Shown here: positions 58,872 through 64,000 of the stretch, one piece after another | Numbering within the stretch: the first letter of the stretch is position 1 | Layout of the letters: each line of letters starts with the position of its first letter | Notes under the pieces: model-generated | What the model was told of the DNA's origin: nothing | The model's database searches: none | Seen by the model: only the letters and a program-made list of their open reading frames with translations | Position numbers and translations under genes: made by a program | Origin: Bacillota bacterium | Lineage (GTDB): Bacteria > Bacillota > Ch66 > Ch109 | DNA: 64,000 nucleotides | Direction of reading: 5' to 3' | NCBI GenBank assembly: GCA_050952625.1 | Contig: JBMNLH010000001.1 | Location: 320,001-384,000 of the forward strand

Positions 58872-61523
58872 ATGGGAGAGAACAAAAAATACGTCTACTT
58901 ATTTGAAGAAGGCAGAGCTGACATGAAAGATCTCCTGGGGGGTAAGGGAGCTGGTCTGGCGGAGATGACCAATATCGGTTTATCGGTCCCGCCCGGGGTA
59001 ACCATAACTACTGAGGCCTGTATAGAGTTTTACAAGAATGGGAAGCAGTTTCCAGCCGGGATGGAAGAGCAGTTGGCCGAAAAATTTCAGATTGTTCAGG
59101 ACCGATTAGGCAAAAAGTTTGGTGATCCAGGCAACCCCTTGCTGGTTTCAGTTCGTTCCGGGGCCCCGGTCTCGATGCCGGGAATGATGGACACGATCTT
59201 AAACCTGGGTTTGAATGACGAGACTGTTAAAGGTTTTGCGGCTCAGACCAATAATGAGCGTTTTGCGCTGGATTGCTACCGGCGGTTTATTCAAATGTTT
59301 TCTGATGTCGTCATGAAGGTGGATCGGGACAAGTTTGAACATGTCCTGGAGCGGTTTAAAGAAAAACAGGGCGTGCAGATAGACGCCGACTTAAGTGTTG
59401 ATAGTTTGCAGAAAATCGTGGAAGAATTTAAACAGGTTGTCCGTAATTCTACCGGCCAGGATTTTCCCCAGGATACGCAACAGCAGTTATTAATGGCGGT
59501 GCACGCTGTTTTTAATTCCTGGGATAATGATAAGGCTATTCTGTACCGTAAAATTAATAAGATTCCGGATGACTTGGGCACGGCAGTTAATGTCCAATGC
59601 ATGGTGTTTGGCAACTCGGGCAATGACAGTGGAACCGGCGTGGCTTTTACCCGGAACCCATCGACCGGTGAAAAAACCCTGTATGGTGAATTCTTGGTTA
59701 ACGCCCAGGGCGAGGACGTCGTGGCCGGAATTAGAACCCCTCAGACGATCGCTAGTATGGCTGAGGAATTCCCCGGCGTCTTTGAGCAATTTGTCCGGAC
59801 TTGCCAGATTTTAGAACAGCATTACCGGGATATGCAGGATATCGAGTTTACCGTCGAGCGGGGTAAACTGTACATGCTGCAGACTCGGACCGCTAAACGT
59901 ACTTCGGCTGCTTCCATCAAAGCTGCTTTAGACATGGTTGAAGAAGGCTTGATTACTAAGGAAGAGGCTCTGTTGCGGGTGGACCCGGTCCAGTTGAATC
60001 AATTGCTACATAGGCAGATTGATGCTTCAGCTACCTTGAATGAGATCGCGCGCGGCCTGCCAGCTTCACCCGGGGCCGCTACCGGCCTGGTCGTGTTTGA
60101 TGCTAATGAAGCGGAGCGCCTAGGCAAAGCCGGGCAGAAGGTGATTTTGGTCCGGAATGAGACGACTCCCGATGATATTCATGGGATTGTCATGGCTCAG
60201 GGAATTTTGACCAGTCGAGGGGGGATGACCAGTCACGCTGCGGTTGTGGCCCGGAGTATGGGCAAACCCTGTATCTGTGGGGCCGAGAGCATTACCATCG
60301 ATTATGCTGCGAAAATATTTAAAACTGGTGGCGTAGTGATTAAAGAAGGCGAGATTATTTCCATGGACGGCGGCACTGGCCGGGTCTTTGCCGGCGAGGT
60401 GCCCATGGTTGACCCCGGAGCCAGTCGCGAATTTGAACAGCTTTTGCAGTGGGCTGATGAGACCCGGACCTTGAAAATCAGAGCCAACAGCGATACCCCG
60501 GAAGACGCTCGCAAAGCCCGGGAGTTTGGAGCCGAGGGGATTGGTCTCTGTCGCACTGAGCACATGTTTATGGCCCTGGATCGACTGCCCATCGTGCAGC
60601 AGATGATTTTAGCCGAGAGTATTGAAGAACGGCAAGCTGCGTTAAACAAGCTATTACCGGTGCAGCAAGGAGATTTTTATGGAATATTTGAGGCCATGGA
60701 AGGTCTCCCAGTTACTATTCGTCTTTTAGATCCGCCTCTGCATGAGTTCTTACCCAATGCGGAGGAGCTGTTAGTTGAGTTAACCAAGCTCAGAATCACT
60801 CAGGGAGATGCTAAGGAAATTGCGGCCAAAGAAAACCTGTTGAATAAGGTTAAGGCTTTGTCTGAATTTAACCCAATGCTAGGCCACCGCGGCTGCCGGT
60901 TAGGCATCACTTTCCCCGAGATTTACGCCATGCAGGCGCGGGCGATTTTCCAAGCCGTGGCTCAACTGGTCAAAGAAGGCCGGAAGATCTTCCCGGAAGT
61001 TGAGATTCCATTGGTTATGGATCAGGCCGAATTAGCTTTTCTCCGGCAGCAAACTGTGGAGATTGCTGAGCAAGTCATGCAGGAACAGGGGATTCGTTTC
61101 GAATACAAGGTGGGCACGATGATTGAGCTGCCCCGGGCTTGTTTGGTCGCTGATGAGATTGCTAAACACGCTGATTTCTTTTCCTTTGGCACCAACGATC
61201 TTACCCAGACCACCTTTGGCTTTAGCCGGGATGATGCGGAGGGTAAATTCCTTAATGCCTATGTCGAGCGCAAGGTGCTGAAAGAAAGTCCCTTTGTCGT
61301 CCTGGATCGAAATGGCGTTGGCCAATTGATGCGTCTGGGAATTGAAAAAGGCCGGCAGACGCGTCCTGATCTAGAGATCGGCATTTGCGGCGAGCACGGT
61401 GGAGAGCCGAATTCGATTGAGTTTTGTCACCTGATCGGCCTTGATTACGTGAGCTGTTCTACTTATCGGGTGCCAATTGCCCGGTTAGCGGCAGCCCAGG
61501 CCGCTATAAACAATAAAGGCTAA
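58872..61523 (+). CDS. ppdK: Pyruvate phosphate dikinase
   Basis: LLGGKGA.LAEM, SVRSGA, GGMTSHAAVVAR, GTNDLTQ, CGEHGG. Confidence 0.99.
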   Translation: MGENKKYVYLFEEGRADMKDLLGGKGAGLAEMTNIGLSVPPGVTITTEACIEFYKNGKQFPAGMEEQLAEKFQIVQDRLGKKFGDPGNPLLVSVRSGAPVSMPGMMDTILNLGLNDETVKGFAAQTNNERFALDCYRRFIQMFSDVVMKVDRDKFEHVLERFKEKQGVQIDADLSVDSLQKIVEEFKQVVRNSTGQDFPQDTQQQLLMAVHAVFNSWDNDKAILYRKINKIPDDLGTAVNVQCMVFGNSGNDSGTGVAFTRNPSTGEKTLYGEFLVNAQGEDVVAGIRTPQTIASMAEEFPGVFEQFVRTCQILEQHYRDMQDIEFTVERGKLYMLQTRTAKRTSAASIKAALDMVEEGLITKEEALLRVDPVQLNQLLHRQIDASATLNEIARGLPASPGAATGLVVFDANEAERLGKAGQKVILVRNETTPDDIHGIVMAQGILTSRGGMTSHAAVVARSMGKPCICGAESITIDYAAKIFKTGGVVIKEGEIISMDGGTGRVFAGEVPMVDPGASREFEQLLQWADETRTLKIRANSDTPEDARKAREFGAEGIGLCRTEHMFMALDRLPIVQQMILAESIEERQAALNKLLPVQQGDFYGIFEAMEGLPVTIRLLDPPLHEFLPNAEELLVELTKLRITQGDAKEIAAKENLLNKVKALSEFNPMLGHRGCRLGITFPEIYAMQARAIFQAVAQLVKEGRKIFPEVEIPLVMDQAELAFLRQQTVEIAEQVMQEQGIRFEYKVGTMIELPRACLVADEIAKHADFFSFGTNDLTQTTFGFSRDDAEGKFLNAYVERKVLKESPFVVLDRNGVGQLMRLGIEKGRQTRPDLEIGICGEHGGEPNSIEFCHLIGLDYVSCSTYRVPIARLAAAQAAINNKG

Positions 61524-62164
61524 CCAAAGTAAGGATTGAAATAAAAGGTAAGATCCCGCTGGAATCACACCATTTTGATCATCTTTGGTCCTGCCAGTTA
61601 ACTTATGATAAAAGCCAGCTTTTGGTAAATGGTAAACAATATCAGTCCGGAATTCTTTACACTGGGACAAGTGGCTATAATGAAATGGGAGGCTTTGTCT
61701 TGCCCAAGGGACAGTTTCAAAAGTTTGGCGGGGTAGCTTGCCTGGAAGATAACGACAATACCACAGACGAAGTTACCATTAAAATTAGAGAAAAAGACCA
61801 ATCCGGCAAGGTGTTAAAAGAACTTAAGGTGAAAAAAGGCGAATCTATTGCTTTTGAGATTGACATTCCCGGTATTCAGGAACTTTATGTTCAAAATTTA
61901 ATCTATGAACGGGTGCCCAAAAATACCCAGCCCGACATTATGGTAATTGCTGATCCTTATTTTAAATAAATAAATGATATAAATCATTATATTTAAGAAT
62001 GATTTTCATGCATGTAATTATGTTCATTTTTGGGTGTGCTTCAACAATAGAACATAGGTATAAAAAGTGCTTCATAATGTGCAAAACGGCGATTAGTCTA
62101 TTTTGATAGCAATCGCTCAGGCGGTCGTAAATAAATAAACTAATCAAAGTAAGGATTGAAATAA
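61520..62164 (+). repeat. 25-bp direct repeat pair (61520-61544 and 62140-62164) bracketing a gene fragment
   Basis: ctaa(c/t)caaagtaaggattgaaataa x2, 620 bp apart; the second is preceded by a diverged copy of the last ppdK codons. Confidence 0.85.
61622..61969 (+). pseudogene. C-terminal fragment of a surface protein, NPCBM/NEW2-like beta domain
   Basis: NGKQY..G, F.G...L.D, FEIDI.G..EL, IADPYF pattern; no RBS and in-frame stops just upstream. Confidence 0.5.
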
Positions 62165-62218
62165 GTAAAGCTCATAATAAACCTTATGTGCTAAAACTTA
62201 AAAATCTCTATAAGAAAG

Positions 62219-62270
62219 ATAACAAGGGTACTGTCACCTAGTATTTTTAGTGGCAGTACCTTTGTTATTT
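62219..62270. terminator. Long hairpin, likely terminator
   Basis: ataacaagggtactgtcac...gtggcagtacctttgttattt. Confidence 0.75.
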
Positions 62271-62426
62271 CCATGAATTTCCTATAAGCATTTGCCCGGA
62301 TATAGAGTCTTTAAGTATAACCAAATGTTATCTTTGCTATAACGTTTATGTGTTAAAATATTTAAGTGAAGATAAAAGATAATAGAATTTCTTATATAAA
62401 AGGTAATGTCTGTAGACGGAGGCAAA

Positions 62427-63188
62427 ATGATAACAGTAGGCATTGATATTGGTTCGGTGGCCACTAAAGGGGTTATGGTGAGCGGAGATTCGCTCTGGAG
62501 GACAATCGTTCCAACCGGATGGAGTCCGCGGGATGCCGGGCAAAGTGTGATCGAGAAACTGTTGGAGCAGAGCCGGATCGGGCGTGATCAGATCGGACGG
62601 ATATTCGTTACCGGTTACGGTCGGGTAGCATTTGAACAAGCCGATAAGACCGTCACTGAAATCAAATGCCATGCCCGGGGAGTAGCGGAAATCCACCCCG
62701 AAGTTCGAACAATCATCGATATAGGCGGTCAGGACAGCAAAGTGATCAAGATCGGGGAAGGCGGAAAGGTTTTGGATTTTGCCATGAATGATAAATGCGC
62801 TGCCGGAACCGGCCGCTTTTTGCAAGTGATGGCAACCGCTTTGGGCCTAGATGTAAGTAAACTAGGAGAAGCTGAAGACCCGGAACGGATCATCCCGATC
62901 AGCAGTATGTGCACTGTTTTTGCTGAATCAGAAATAATCGGACTGCTGGCCCGCGGTAATCCCAAGGGAAGTATAATAGCCGGCCTGCATGAAGCAGTAG
63001 GCAAAAGGGTGGGCTCTATGGTTATGCGGATGGGGGTGCAGGAAAAAGTGGCCTTTACCGGTGGAGTGGCGATGAATCAGGGAGTGAAAAGAGCCCTGGA
63101 AAAGGAATTGGGCTGTGCTCTTCTAGTATCCGATTCATGTCAGTTTACCGGGGCTCTGGGAGCAGCTCTGTTGGCGAGCCAGGCTTAG
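62427..63188 (+). CDS. ATP-dependent activase (HgdC/BadF-BadG-BcrA-BcrD family, DCCP-R-like)
   Basis: GIDIGS.ATK, TGYGR, TEIKCHARG, DIGGQDSK, MNDKCAAGTGRF, SMCTVFAESE. Confidence 0.95.
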   Translation: MITVGIDIGSVATKGVMVSGDSLWRTIVPTGWSPRDAGQSVIEKLLEQSRIGRDQIGRIFVTGYGRVAFEQADKTVTEIKCHARGVAEIHPEVRTIIDIGGQDSKVIKIGEGGKVLDFAMNDKCAAGTGRFLQVMATALGLDVSKLGEAEDPERIIPISSMCTVFAESEIIGLLARGNPKGSIIAGLHEAVGKRVGSMVMRMGVQEKVAFTGGVAMNQGVKRALEKELGCALLVSDSCQFTGALGAALLASQA

Positions 63189-63213
63189 ATAATAACAAAA
63201 AGGGGGATTTATA

Positions 63214-63405
63214 GTGGCTGATTACCGTCAGATGTGGACCGATCTAGGGATGGATTTAGAAAAACATGATCTTTTATGCGAGGTACTGCCGGAAGCTTTT
63301 GAGGGGGTATTTCTTTCCCAGCCAAACCGGCCCGAGGGTATGGGTTTCTATGATTTCGTTGTGTCTGAAATTCATGGAGTGCGGCCGGCGGAGCTTGCCC
63401 CGTAA
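63214..63405 (+). pseudogene. Truncated double-cubane/2-hydroxyacyl-CoA dehydratase D-type reductase
   Basis: MW.DLG.DLEKHD.L...NRPEGM..YDFVVSEIHG.R..EL is the family N-terminus; stops after 63 aa whereas members are about 400 aa. Confidence 0.75.
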
Positions 63406-63513
63406 AATAGACACACTAAACAGCAGGGTACTTCACAAAATATGCTAAAATAATAAAGTGAGGAGTTTGCCGTTTGGCGGTCGGTCACTTTCCCGCGAGG
63501 GGAGGTGATGCCT

Positions 63514-63594
63514 ATGGTTACATATGGCGAATTGTTTCAATTCTGCTTGGTAATCGTGGGAGTTATTTCCCTGTGCGTTATGCTCAGAAAATAA
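63514..63594 (+). CDS. 26-aa hydrophobic type I toxin-like peptide (holin-like toxin), not in the ORF track
   Basis: MVTYGELFQFCLVIVGVISLCVMLRK; SD ggaggtga inside a GNRA-capped hairpin. Confidence 0.75.
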   Translation: MVTYGELFQFCLVIVGVISLCVMLRK

Positions 63595-63676
63595 CAAGGA
63601 CCGCCTTTTGAGCAAGGCGGTCTAAACCCGTTTTTCGGACCTGCCGCCGTGCAAAAAGCGGCAACTCCTTTTATTA
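63586..63676 (-). ncRNA. Putative antisense antitoxin RNA
   Basis: Minus-strand TTGACG(63710-63705)-17-TATCAT(63687-63682) with extended TG; ends at gaccgcctt...aaggcggtc hairpin plus U-rich tail. Confidence 0.65.
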
Positions 63677-64000
63677 ATTGTATGATAACATGCATTAAAA
63701 TATTCGTCAACGAAGAATAGGATGGAGTCAACAGTACCGCGAAGATTGAACGAAATGAAATTCGGATTGAAATGCCCGTTTGGTCGATCAGCCCGGTTGT
63801 AGCAGCCATTTACCGCGTCCACCAAACTGGGTAAGGATCCGTAAATACAAATATTACCAGTCTATTAGCGATTGTCAGAGACAATACCCTGTTTTTGTTG
63901 CATTCCTCTTGACCGAAAAGTCTACAAGCGATTGTGGTTTATTTTTTCTCCCAGGTCTCAGATTTGGAGTCGGGGCCGGTGATGTGAACGTTTTTTAGTT

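Noticed and set aside
61520-62164. Repeats containing TAAGGATTGAAA resemble CRISPR repeat 3' ends
   Set aside because: Only two copies, 620 bp apart, no spacer-sized intervals and no cas genes; better explained as a duplicated ppdK end
427-63004. Many 60-170-aa ORFs overlapping or antisense to well-supported genes
   Set aside because: Shadow frames of real genes, without SD or motifs
63715-64000. Short ORFs at the window end
   Set aside because: Fragmentary with multiple stops and no recognisable domain; context is cut off

Overview
Chromosomal backbone of a spore-forming, probably anaerobic Bacillota (Clostridia-like). The conserved order is comEC-holA-rpsT-spoIIP-murJ-lepA-hemW-hrcA-grpE-dnaK-dnaJ-prmA-rsmE-mtaB-HIT-rpsU-nfeD-floA-yqfCD-phoH-pgpH-ybeY-cdd-era-recO-glyQS-PPDK regulator-ppdK. 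Accessory units interrupt it: an atypical BKACE enzyme with a divergent XRE-cupin regulator, a truncated type IV pilus cassette (pilD-pilM-pilN-pilO/LysM) behind a c-di-GMP-I riboswitch and two Crp/Fnr-type boxes, an orphan nikR, two OpuA betaine transporter sets, a group III chaperonin in the CIRCE-controlled dnaK operon, a MazEF-type TA pair, and a preQ1-I riboswitch with yhhQ-queF. The right end holds an integration-like scar at the ppdK 3' end, a truncated double-cubane reductase and a compact type I toxin-antitoxin locus that the ORF track misses. Intergenic spaces carry at least five dispersed repeat families. No rRNA, tRNA or CRISPR array is seen. All calls come from reading the sequence by eye; no database search or folding computation was run.
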